A stretch of 51,263 nt of DNA, taken from the sequence record PZ452599.1. The stretch is one strand, 5' to 3'. Position 1 is the stretch's first letter, and the number at the start of each line of letters is the position of its first letter. The notes under the pieces are model-generated. The model was not told where the DNA came from. It searched no databases and was given only the letters and a program-made list of their open reading frames with translations. Origin of the DNA: a phage. A program made the position numbers and the translations under genes. Shown here piece after piece: positions 9,216-18,800 of the stretch.

Positions 9216-9878
9216 ATGCACTTGCCTAATGGTTCTCAAATTTTCATCGGCGTTAATATGGGTGAGCCAATTAGCGCGACTCAAATCAGCAATGCTGATA
9301 ATCCTGTTTTTACAACCGAAAACACTCAAAGCATCAAAAAAGGCGCTTATGTTCTTATTGAAACATCTTCTTGGGGAAAACTTGTTAGTCGAGTGCTTCG
9401 AGTTAAGGAAGTATCAGATAATGTAAGTGTTACTCTTGAGGGTGTTAGCACTAAAGATACAAACGTATTTCCAGAAGGACAGAACACAGCAACTTTCCGA
9501 GAAGTGAAATCTTGGGTAGAGGTTCCTTGCGTACAGGATCTTGCGCAGGACGGCGGCGAGCAACAGTATTACACTTATCAGTGTTTGGCTGATGACCAGG
9601 AACAGCAGTTGCCGACCTACAAGAGCGCCGTTTCTCTTACCTATACTTTCGCGCATGAATATGATAATCCGATTTATCCGATCTTGCGCGAGGCTGAGGA
9701 ATCCGGCGACGTAACCGCTTTGCGTATGTACGTGCCGAAAGCTAAAGAGATGCGTTGCTGGGCTGGCGTATTGTCTTTTAATGACATTCCGCAAACCACT
9801 ATGAACGAAATGGAAACTGTTTCCCTTTCCGTATCTCTGAAAGGTCGATTCACGTTCTTACCTTCTGACGTTAAGTAA
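9216..9878 (+). CDS. major tail protein
   Basis: 220 aa; AAAGGAGG RBS; followed by strong terminator; precedes chaperone and tape measure genes. Confidence 0.6.
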   Translation: MHLPNGSQIFIGVNMGEPISATQISNADNPVFTTENTQSIKKGAYVLIETSSWGKLVSRVLRVKEVSDNVSVTLEGVSTKDTNVFPEGQNTATFREVKSWVEVPCVQDLAQDGGEQQYYTYQCLADDQEQQLPTYKSAVSLTYTFAHEYDNPIYPILREAEESGDVTALRMYVPKAKEMRCWAGVLSFNDIPQTTMNEMETVSLSVSLKGRFTFLPSDVK

Positions 9879-9883
9879 AACAA

Positions 9884-9905
9884 GGGGCGTTGCGCCCCTT
9901 TTTTC
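9884..9905 (+). terminator. intrinsic terminator after major tail gene
   Basis: Hairpin GGGGCG-TTG-CGCCCC followed by T7. Confidence 0.7.
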
Positions 9906-9943
9906 ATTCCTGTAAAATCAATCTATCAAATAAATTAATTCCA

Positions 9944-9963
9944 CTTTTAACAAAAAGTGCTAT
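9944..9963. promoter_or_regulatory. reverse-oriented motif copy abutting RBS of tail chaperone gene
   Basis: CTTTTAACAAAAAGTGCTAT immediately followed by AAGGAGA and ATG 9978; contains TGCTATAAG resembling an extended -10. Confidence 0.3.
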
Positions 9964-9977
9964 AAGGAGATCTTGAG

Positions 9978-10295
9978 ATGGCAAAGATGAAACTAACGTT
10001 AGGCCCACTGCCTGATTTTAAACTGCCTGTTTCTTTCGTGCTTCCAAATGGTGATGAGCAAGTTATTGTTTTCACTGTGCGCCACAAGAAGGCAAGCGAG
10101 ATTCACGAACGATACACGGCAGAAAAGCCGATGAGCGACGTAGAAATGATCACCTTCCTTGCTTCCGGTTGGGATCTGGAAGATGAATTTAACGAGGAAA
10201 ACGTTGCTAAATTGCTGGATTATTACCCTTCTGCGTCATTATCGCTGACTGGTCATTATATGAAAGCACTTGCGGGGCAGCGGGTAAAAAACTAA
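9978..10295 (+). CDS. tail assembly chaperone (lambda gpG-like)
   Basis: 105 aa; AAGGAGA RBS; ends with slippery A_AAA_AAC directly before its TAA; -1 frame stays open to 10612. Confidence 0.7.
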   Translation: MAKMKLTLGPLPDFKLPVSFVLPNGDEQVIVFTVRHKKASEIHERYTAEKPMSDVEMITFLASGWDLEDEFNEENVAKLLDYYPSASLSLTGHYMKALAGQRVKN

Positions 10296-10612
10296 AGCGG
10301 GCGGTTTACCTGTTTTACCTCAAGCCGCCAACTGACGCACAATTAGAGGCCGTCGGCCTATCCCGTTCAGACTACGAAGGGGAGGAGCCGCCGGAGGTAA
10401 TTTTTGATGAATCAATGTTTCAATCTTGGGATCTGTTTTGCGCCATGCAGACGCAATGGAGATCGACTAGCGGCAGCGTGTATGGGTTCGACTATAACGT
10501 TTTGCCCATGCTTTTTGACATTTACAAGATTGATGATCGTGAGATGGCGCTAAATGATTTGCGCATCATGGAACAAAAGGCGCTAGAAATGATTCATTCA
10601 AACAAAACATAA
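9978..10612 (+). CDS. tail assembly chaperone frameshift product (gpGT-like; -1 shift at 10286-10292)
   Basis: -1 frame open from 10211 to 10612 overlapping the end of G; slippery heptamer AAAAAAC at 10286-10292; canonical position before the tape measure gene. Confidence 0.6.
10286..10292 (+). other. -1 programmed frameshift slippery heptamer A_AAA_AAC
   Basis: Heptamer sits in zero frame immediately before G stop codon 10293-10295; -1 frame is open through 10612. Confidence 0.6.
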
Positions 10613-10632
10613 GCGCCGCGAGGCGCTTTTTT
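10612..10632 (+). terminator. intrinsic terminator / attenuator between chaperone and tape measure genes
   Basis: Hairpin GCGCC-GCGA-GGCGC followed by TTTTTT. Confidence 0.5.
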
Positions 10633-10651
10633 AATATCTGGAGGTTTTAAA

Positions 10652-13333
10652 ATGGCTGAAAAATACGCTGGCCTAACGCTAGGCGTTGACGTGTCGCAGG
10701 TCAACAATGCTGTTAAATCATTGCAGCAATTCAAGAAGGCAAACGACGACGCAAAAAAAAGCGTTAATGAATTTGTTGATTCTGAGGTTGTGGCCCGACA
10801 GCAAGCAAAACAGCTTGCCGAAGAACTGGCGCGCCAGAAAGCAGAATTTAAGAAAATCCAGGAGTCAATTGATCCCACCGCATCAAAGATGGATAAGCTG
10901 AGAAAGGCAGCGACACAGCTTGATGCGCTATGGAAAAAGGGCGTTGTTCCTGATCAGACTTTTTTTGAGCTTGGGGCAATTCTTGAGACGCAGCAAAACA
11001 AGCTGATCGCAACAAAAAAAGCGATGACAGAGGAAGGCCGCGCGGCGCTTGAGGAATCAAAGAACAAGGCGCGCGCAGCGGAAGAGGCTAAAAAATTCGT
11101 CCAGGCTTTGCGTGAGCAGGAAGAAGCAGCAGGAAAAAGCAAGTCTGAATTGCTGGAAATGAAAGCGGCACAGCTTGGAGTTAGCCAGGAGGCAGCACCT
11201 TACATCGCAAGGCTGAAAGAGCAGGAAAAGCAGATCCAGAAACTTGGGATTTCTACAGGCCAATACAAACAAGCAATGGCGCAATTGCCAATGCAGATCA
11301 CAGACGTGGTGACTTCACTTGCTTCTGGTATGCCAGTTTGGTTGGTCGCAGTCCAGCAGGGTGGACAGATCAAGGATTCTTTTGGTGGTGCATCCAATGC
11401 TTTAAAAGCGTTGCTATCTTTCCTGAATCCGGTAAACGTGGCGTTTGGTTTGCTTTCCGGCACGCTGGCAATTGCTGCATATAATGCCCACAAAGCACAG
11501 ACAGAGCTTGAGGCAATTAAAAAAACCGTTCAGGAAACAACTGGCTTGAGTGGTGAGTTTGCCGAAAAGATTGCTATAGGAATCCAGGAGCTTTCCGACA
11601 AGACAGGCGAAAGCGCCGAAGATCTGGCAAAGGCTTACATCACCACGAAAGACGGCGCGAGCGAGGCGATTAAAAAACTGGTTGACGTTGGAATGACTTA
11701 TGATGACGCGAAAAAGAAAGTCAACGAGTACAAGTGCGCGTCTAGCTTTGTCAGCTTGAATAACGAAATTGCAAACCACAAAAACAAAGTCCTTGAGTTG
11801 GGCGAGTCGTGGTATGAAGTTTTGAAAGCTAAGCGTGATTACGCTTCCCCGTCCGGCGGCCTGTTAGGTAAAGAGCTTGGCTATGTTAATCCTATGCTTA
11901 AGTTTGCACTTAACACTTATGAAGACATTGGAAAGGTCGTAAAAGATGCGAATAAGGACATGGCGGAGCGAGCGGAGCGAATCGACAAAGAAAACCTGTC
12001 ATTAAACAGAGTGAGAGCGGCGCAAGAGGCTTTAAACAAAGCCATTGAGGATCAGAAGGGCGTGGCGCGTTCGGCTGATGAAGAACTGAAAAAGCGCGCG
12101 GCTGAAAACGTGGAGTTCAGACGCAAAGAGCTTGAGGAGATCAAGAAGCAGGAGCAGAAAAAGAAAGAGGCTAAAGGGGGAATAGTTCGCGGCCCTACTG
12201 AGCAGCTTGATAAAGAGTTGTACGTTTTAAAAGCGCAACTGGAAACTCTTAAAGAGCATCGCACTGTTAACGATGTTATTTCTCGCCAGCGTAAATCTTT
12301 ATGGAGCATCGAAAAGCAAATCGAGATCCTGGAGAATGCGCAGAGCAAGCGTAAATTGACCGGAGCGGAACAGGCGCTACTAAACGAGCAAAAAGCCGTT
12401 CTTGAAATGGCAAGACAAAAAGCGGAGCTAGGGGATCAGATTGTTTTGCAGGAGCGCAAAAACAAGCTGGAGCAAGATAGTCTTAAGTTTATCCGTGAAA
12501 CGGAGGCGGCTATTGATGCGATTGGCCTTAAGCAACTTGGCTACACTGAAAAGCAGATCGAGCGTGAGCTAGAGTTACGCAAGCTGCGCACCGACTACGA
12601 GGCGCAAGGCGGAAGCGTTAGCGACGAAGTTTTTCAGCAAATGGAGACGAAACTTAAGCTGTATTACCAGGCACAAGACGAGGCGCAAGGCAACTGGTTA
12701 GCCGGAGCAAAGAACGCATGGGAGCTATTCGCGGAAGATGCAAACAATGCCTATGGCAATGTTCAGCAGATTGCAAGCGAGGCGTTAAACGGCCTTACAA
12801 ACCAATTAGCGAATTTTATCGCTACTGGCAAGGCAAACTTTAAAGACTTCTCGACGGCTATCATCAAAATGATTATTCAGATGATCACGAAAATGGTTGT
12901 CTTTAATGCGTTATCTGGCCTGATGGGTGGTCAAACCTGGACGATGGGGAGCTTGCTTAAGAATATTGGCGGATTTGCTGGCGGTGGATACACTGGCGAT
13001 GGCGGGAAGTATGAGCCAGCCGGAATTGTTCATAAGGGTGAATTTGTCATGACGAAGGAGGCAACGCAGCGTATCGGAGTAGGCAACTTGTACCGCATGA
13101 TGCGAGGCTATGCTAACGGCGGCGTTGTTGGTGGTTCCGGCTATACTGGCGGTGGCACTGTCACTGGTGGAGCACCTCAATTTAACATCGGTGGGATTGA
13201 TGTTAGCATCAATAACGGCAATGATCCGAAGGGTATCGAAACTGGTGTTAAGATGATCTTTACTGATATGATTAGACGTTCCTGTATGCAGGGCGGGGAG
13301 GTTTACGAATTTGTTATGAGCAAGCGAGGTTGA
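10652..13333 (+). CDS. tail tape measure protein
   Basis: 893 aa; GGAGG RBS; long coiled-coil-rich sequence, Gly-rich C-terminus; position after G/GT. Confidence 0.85.
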   Translation: MAEKYAGLTLGVDVSQVNNAVKSLQQFKKANDDAKKSVNEFVDSEVVARQQAKQLAEELARQKAEFKKIQESIDPTASKMDKLRKAATQLDALWKKGVVPDQTFFELGAILETQQNKLIATKKAMTEEGRAALEESKNKARAAEEAKKFVQALREQEEAAGKSKSELLEMKAAQLGVSQEAAPYIARLKEQEKQIQKLGISTGQYKQAMAQLPMQITDVVTSLASGMPVWLVAVQQGGQIKDSFGGASNALKALLSFLNPVNVAFGLLSGTLAIAAYNAHKAQTELEAIKKTVQETTGLSGEFAEKIAIGIQELSDKTGESAEDLAKAYITTKDGASEAIKKLVDVGMTYDDAKKKVNEYKCASSFVSLNNEIANHKNKVLELGESWYEVLKAKRDYASPSGGLLGKELGYVNPMLKFALNTYEDIGKVVKDANKDMAERAERIDKENLSLNRVRAAQEALNKAIEDQKGVARSADEELKKRAAENVEFRRKELEEIKKQEQKKKEAKGGIVRGPTEQLDKELYVLKAQLETLKEHRTVNDVISRQRKSLWSIEKQIEILENAQSKRKLTGAEQALLNEQKAVLEMARQKAELGDQIVLQERKNKLEQDSLKFIRETEAAIDAIGLKQLGYTEKQIERELELRKLRTDYEAQGGSVSDEVFQQMETKLKLYYQAQDEAQGNWLAGAKNAWELFAEDANNAYGNVQQIASEALNGLTNQLANFIATGKANFKDFSTAIIKMIIQMITKMVVFNALSGLMGGQTWTMGSLLKNIGGFAGGGYTGDGGKYEPAGIVHKGEFVMTKEATQRIGVGNLYRMMRGYANGGVVGGSGYTGGGTVTGGAPQFNIGGIDVSINNGNDPKGIETGVKMIFTDMIRRSCMQGGEVYEFVMSKRG

Positions 13334-13335
13334 TA

Positions 13336-13686
13336 ATGAAGCTGGATCAGTTTAAGTGGTGTACGCAGGTTCAGAACGGCGGCGGGGCAATGACGTCATC
13401 GAATAACGATCGAGAGATTGCATTCGGTAACGGATACACACAGGTAGCATCTGGAGGTTTTAACACAATCCGGCGAGAGTTTAGCATTGTTTACGCTGGG
13501 ATTGATTACAGAGATGTTGTCAAGTTCCTGAATGAGCACAGGCTAAAGCCTTTCTTGTGGATCATGCCTGATGGAAGCCCTGGATTGTTCAGGGTGAAAA
13601 GCGGCAGCGTCGGCCTTACTCCACTGTCGCCAACCGTTCAGGAAGTAAAAGCTACTTTTACGGAGCAATTTACATCAATGCAATAA
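13336..13686 (+). CDS. minor tail protein (lambda gpM-like)
   Basis: 116 aa from ATG 13336; immediately after tape measure; followed by terminator. Confidence 0.75.
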   Translation: MKLDQFKWCTQVQNGGGAMTSSNNDREIAFGNGYTQVASGGFNTIRREFSIVYAGIDYRDVVKFLNEHRLKPFLWIMPDGSPGLFRVKSGSVGLTPLSPTVQEVKATFTEQFTSMQ

Positions 13687-13690
13687 TTTA

Positions 13691-13715
13691 AAGCCGCCTT
13701 TGTGCGGCTTTTTTC
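13691..13715 (+). terminator. intrinsic terminator after gpM-like gene
   Basis: Hairpin AGCCGC-CTTTGT-GCGGCT followed by TTTTTT. Confidence 0.6.
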
Positions 13716-13748
13716 TTGATGTTACAATGAGCAAAAAGGAGGTAGAAA

Positions 13749-14510
13749 ATGGCTAATAAAGAATCAGGTAGAGTTGAATTTGAGAACTGCCTACAAAGTT
13801 TGTACCCAGGAGAAATTATAACGCTTGTAGAGATTGACGGGACGAAGTTCGGGGCAAATATTTACCGATTTCACAATGAGAACATTTCTTATACTGCCGA
13901 AGAATTAATGCAAGCGCAGCAAACCGGAATCTTGCCGCCGAAAGATATTATTTTTCAGGGTGAGGTTTACGGAGCGCGGCCTTTCGGTGTGAGCGGGATT
14001 AACTTCACAAGTAACGGCAGGGCAGATAAGCCTCAACTTATAGTGTCAAACCTTGACAGCAGGGTTAGCGCCATGATCAGAAATTACAATGGCATGATGC
14101 AAGCAAAGGTGACTTTCTGGATTACGGCAAAGGAATTTATAGGAGAAGGCGGAGCAATCAAAGATGGCGCTTACAGAAAATTGGTTTATTACATTGAGCG
14201 CCCAAGCCAGTATAATAGAGAGGTGGCGAAATTTGATCTGACGTCGCCTTACGATATGGATGGATTGATGATCCCGCCGCGCATCACTCAAAGCGTTTGC
14301 TATTGGGCGCAAAGGGGGTGGTACAGGAGCGGAAAGGGTTGCTCTTATAACGGATCGGCAATGTTCGATAAAGACAATAAGCCAGTAACAGATCCATCAC
14401 AAGACTATTGCGCAGGAACTGTAACGGCTTGCAAATTGAGATTCGGTCAGCAAAACGAGTTGGATTTCGGCGGTTGCGCGGTGGCGTCACTGCTACGGAG
14501 GAATCAATAA
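13749..14510 (+). CDS. minor tail protein (lambda gpL-like)
   Basis: 253 aa; AAGGAGG RBS; C-terminal cysteine cluster as in gpL. Confidence 0.75.
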   Translation: MANKESGRVEFENCLQSLYPGEIITLVEIDGTKFGANIYRFHNENISYTAEELMQAQQTGILPPKDIIFQGEVYGARPFGVSGINFTSNGRADKPQLIVSNLDSRVSAMIRNYNGMMQAKVTFWITAKEFIGEGGAIKDGAYRKLVYYIERPSQYNREVAKFDLTSPYDMDGLMIPPRITQSVCYWAQRGWYRSGKGCSYNGSAMFDKDNKPVTDPSQDYCAGTVTACKLRFGQQNELDFGGCAVASLLRRNQ

Positions 14511-15241
14511 TGATTAGTGCAAAAATTAAACTTGAAATAATGCAGCACGTTAAAGAGGAATACCCTAAAGAGGCTTGCGGCGTCATAACTCAAAAGTCAC
14601 GGGTACAGAAATATCACCGCATAACCAACGTGCATGACGATCCAGAAAATCATTTTGAAATGGACGCCGTAGAATACGCTGAATCGCTCGACAAAGGCGA
14701 ATTAATCGCGGTGGTGCATTCCCATTGCGGGGATGGTGCTAGTACGATACCGAGCGCGCACGACTCATGTATGTGCGATGAAATGGGTGTATCGTGGATT
14801 ATAGTTTCATGGCCCGAAGGTGATATGAGAATTGTCGAGCCGCAGGAGAGGCCGCTTATCGGTCGCCCGTGGTCGCTGGGGTCGTTCGATTGCTGGGGTC
14901 TTATCATGGCGTGGCATAAACAGCACGGAGTAGTATTGAATGACTTCCGAAAGCCTTACGAGTGGTGGAAGTCAGAATATGGTGAAAATCTTTACCAGGA
15001 TAATTATTTGAAAGAGGGATTTGTTGAAACTAACGAGCCTCCAAAACCTGGTGATATGGTGATTATGCAGCTATCATCGCCAGTCTGGAATCATGCTGGG
15101 ATTTATTTGGGTAACAATCAGCTATTACATCATGCGTTTGGAAAGCTATCTCGCATTGACTTGTATTCTGGATGGTATCAGGAGCACACTGTAAAAATTT
15201 GCCGACATAAGGATCTGAAATATGACATTGAAAGTAATTAA
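14510..15241 (+). CDS. tail assembly protein (lambda gpK-like; JAB/MPN plus NlpC/P60-like)
   Basis: 243 aa from ATG 14510 (TAATG overlap with L); HSHCGDGASTIPSAHD JAMM-like motif and DCWGL Cys/His motif. Confidence 0.8.
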   Translation: MISAKIKLEIMQHVKEEYPKEACGVITQKSRVQKYHRITNVHDDPENHFEMDAVEYAESLDKGELIAVVHSHCGDGASTIPSAHDSCMCDEMGVSWIIVSWPEGDMRIVEPQERPLIGRPWSLGSFDCWGLIMAWHKQHGVVLNDFRKPYEWWKSEYGENLYQDNYLKEGFVETNEPPKPGDMVIMQLSSPVWNHAGIYLGNNQLLHHAFGKLSRIDLYSGWYQEHTVKICRHKDLKYDIESN

Positions 15242-15818
15242 GCTATCTGGTTCCCTGGGTCGTAGGTTTGGCGTCTTTCACAAAATGGCGGTTGACTCAT
15301 ACCCCGAAGCAATACGCGCGTTATCTTCCCAGGTTGAAGGGTTCAAAGACTACATGCAAAGCGAAGTAGGATCACGCATGAAGTATGCTGTATTCGTTGA
15401 CGGTAAAAACATTGGTCAGCATGATGAAAAATCATGGAAGTGCGCGCGAGAGGTTCGAATAGTTCCTGTTCCAACTGGCTCTAAGTCCGGCGGCCTGTTC
15501 AATGTTGTTTTTGGTGCTGTAATTATGGCTACTGCTTTCATTACTGGCGGTGCAAGCCTGGCGGCTATGGGCGCTTTTGCATCTTCCGCATTTATGATGG
15601 GTGGTGCTATCGCGCTTGGCGGTGTCATGCAAATGATCTCGCCGCAGCAGGGTGGAATGAAACTGCAAAGCCAATCAGCAGAAAACAAGCCTTCTTACGC
15701 TTTCGGCGGCGCAGTAAATACCACGGCGGCAGGTTATCCGGTTCCTTTGCCATATGGATATAGGACAGTAGGCGGCGCGATCTGGTCGGCTGGCAGCTAC
15801 GCAGAAGATAAAGCATAA
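15222..15818 (+). CDS. tail assembly protein (lambda gpI-like)
   Basis: 198 aa; overlaps K by 20 nt; Gly/Ala-rich hydrophobic C-terminal half as in gpI. Confidence 0.7.
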   Translation: MTLKVIKLSGSLGRRFGVFHKMAVDSYPEAIRALSSQVEGFKDYMQSEVGSRMKYAVFVDGKNIGQHDEKSWKCAREVRIVPVPTGSKSGGLFNVVFGAVIMATAFITGGASLAAMGAFASSAFMMGGAIALGGVMQMISPQQGGMKLQSQSAENKPSYAFGGAVNTTAAGYPVPLPYGYRTVGGAIWSAGSYAEDKA

Positions 15819-15823
15819 AAAAA

Positions 15824-15848
15824 TACCCGCCTTGCGCGGGTATTTTTG
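15824..15848 (+). terminator. intrinsic terminator after gpI-like gene
   Basis: Hairpin TACCCGC-CTTG-CGCGGGTA followed by TTTTT; TATAAT-like element follows at about 15857. Confidence 0.6.
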
Positions 15849-15896
15849 TGCCTTTATAATGTGCAAACCAAGAAACAGCACAAAAGGTTAAAAGTC

Positions 15897-18800
15897 ATGG
15901 CTAAATATATGATAAGTGGCAGTAAAGGGGGCGGTCAAAAGCCCTACGTGCCAAAAGAGATGGAAGATAACCTGATCTCGATAAATAAGATTAAAGTTTT
16001 GCTTGCTGTATCTGATGGCGAGTGCGATCCAAATTTCACGTTGCGCGATCTTTATCTTGATGATGTTCCGGTTATTGCCAGCGATGGCACTGTTAACTAC
16101 GAGGGAGTTACGGCTGAATATCGACCAGGTACGCAGACGCAAGATTACATCCAGGGGTTTACTGACACATCAAGCGAGGTGACAGTTTCGCGAGATATTA
16201 CAGCAGACAATCCTTATGTTATATCTGTAACAAATAAAAATCTTTCTGCGATCAGAATCAAAATTCTGATGCCAGTTGGCATTAAGACAGAGGATAACGG
16301 CGATCTTGTTGGCGTAAGGGTTCAATATGCCGTAGATATGGCTGTTGATGGCGGTTCTTATAACGAGGTTATGAGAGATGTAATTGACGGCAAGACGAGA
16401 TCAGGATATGACCGCAGCAGAAGGATTGATCTTCCTAAGTTTGATGAGCGCGTTTTAATCAGAGTCAAGCGACTGACTCCAGACAGCACATCTTCAAAGG
16501 TGACTGATAAAATCAAACTGCAAAGTTACGCTGAGGTTGTGGATGCAAAATTCCGTTATCCTCTGACTGGCCTTGTATTCGTAGAATTTGACAGCGAATT
16601 GTTTCCTACGCAAATCCCTAACATTTCTATAAAAAAGAAATGGAAGATTATTAATGTGCCAAGCAACTATGATCCAATATCAAGAGAATATCACGGGTCA
16701 TGGGATGGGACTTTTAAAAAAGCGTGGTCAAATAATCCTGCTTGGGTTCTTTATGATCTGGTAACGAATCAGCGTTATGGGCTTGACCAGCGAGAGTTAG
16801 GAATACAGATCGACAAGTGGAGCTTATACGAGGCTGGCGTTTACTGTGATCAGAAAGTTCCAGACGGTAAGGGCGGTACAGAGCCTCGCTACCTATGCGA
16901 TATGGTGATCCAGAATCAGGTTGAGGCTTATCAGCTAATCCGTGACATTTGCTCAATCTTTCGCGGAATGAGCTTTTGGAATGGTGAGAGCTTATCAATC
17001 GTGATTGATAAGCCGCGCGATCCATCATACGTGTTTACTAATGAAAACGTCATCAACGGTGATTTTCAGTACACAACCGCAAGCGAAAAAAGCATGTACA
17101 CGCAGTGTAACGTGACGTTTGACGACGAACAAAACATGTATCAGCAGGACGTAGAGGGGGTTTTTGACACTGAGGCGGCATTACGATTTGGATACAATCC
17201 AACAAGCATTACAGCGATCGGGTGTACACGCAGGAGCGAAGCGAATCGTCGAGGTCGGTGGGTTTTGAAAACAAACCTTAGAAGCACTACTGTAAACTTT
17301 GCTACCGGACTAGAGGGGATGATTCCATCAATAGGTGATGTGATTGCTATCGCTGATAATTTTCAGAGCAGCAATCTAACGTTAAATCTTTCGGGACGAG
17401 TAATGGAAGTTTCAGGCTTGCAAGTTTTCGTTCCGTTTAAAGTTGATGCGCGTCCTGGTGATTTTATTATCATCAATAAGCCGGACGGCAAGCCAGTTAA
17501 GCGAACGATCTCAAAGGTGAGCGCAGACGGAAAAACCATTGAGTTAAATATTGGCTTTGGTTTTGATGTTAAGCCTGATACTGTTTTTGCGATTGACCGT
17601 ACTGACCTTGCGTTGCAGCAATACGTTGTGACAACTATCAGCAAGGGTGATGACGAAAACGAGTTTACCTATTCAATCACGGCTGTGGAGTACGATCCGA
17701 ACAAATACGACGAGATTGATTATGGCGTAAACATTGATGACAGGCCTACTTCAATTGTTCAGCCTGACGTGATGGAAGCGCCGGAGAATGTTCAGATCTC
17801 ATCTTATTCTCGCGTCGTGCAGGGTGTTAGCGTTGAAACTATGGTTGTTTCATGGGATAAGGTTCCTTACGCATCGCTTTATGAAATGCAGTGGCGAAAA
17901 GGTGATGGCAACTGGCTGAATACGCCGCAGACAGCTAACAAAGAGATAGAGGTAGAAGGAATTTACTCAGGGAACTATCAAGTAAGGGTTAGATCTGTTT
18001 CTGCAAGTGGGAACACCTCCCCGTGGTCAAAGATTGCAACCGCCACCCTGACAGGTAAAGTTGGCGAGCCAGGAGCGCCGATTAATCTTACAGCTTCTGA
18101 TAATGAAGTTTTTGGCATTCGTGTTAAATGGGGTATGCCGGAAGGATCAGGCGATACGGCTTACATTGAGCTTCACCAATCGCCAGACGGAACGGTTGAA
18201 AACTCAAGCCTGCTTACGCTGATTCCATATCCTCAATATGAGTATTGGCATAGCACGTTACCAGCGGGTCAAGTTGTATGGTATAGAATCCGTAGCGTTG
18301 ACAGGATCGGCAATGTTTCCGGCTGGACTGACTTTGTTCGCGGCATGGCGTCAGATGATGTTGAATCTGTTTTAGGCGACATTCTGGACAAGATTTTTGA
18401 TACCGAAGCGGGTCAAGAAATCAAAGAGAACGCCATAGACAGTGCCAACAAAATCAAAGACCAGGCGCAATCAATCATCCAGAACGCATTGGCAAACGAT
18501 GCTGATGTGAAATGGACGCGAGTACAAAACGGAAAGCGCAAGGCTGAATATGGTCACGCTCTTGAGCTTATCGCCAACGAAACGGAGGCGCGAGTAACTC
18601 AAATCGAAGAGTTAAAGGCTTCAATTGATGACGATATAGTTTCAAGTATCAAAACCGTTCAGGAAGCGATTGCCAACGAAGCAGAGACGCGAGCTACTCA
18701 AGTTCAGCAGCTTGATTCTAAATTTACGAAGGAAATAGACGGCGTAAAACGAGATACGGCTGCAAGTATTGGTGAGGTAAGGCAAACCATTGCTAATGAA

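Noticed and set aside
10594-11779. Several 60-120 aa ORFs on the minus strand inside the tape measure gene (10594-10878, 10848-11060, 11057-11284, 11414-11779)
   Set aside because: Antisense to a long, well-supported gene; low-complexity products; no RBS. Typical shadow ORFs.
15846-15896. Upstream extensions of track ORFs (15846 for gpJ; also 14408 for gpK, 23209 for ssb, 31618 for the phosphoesterase, 41853, 47346)
   Set aside because: The extensions start at non-ATG codons or lack an RBS, overlap terminators or promoters, and in each case a downstream ATG with a well-spaced Shine-Dalgarno sequence exists.
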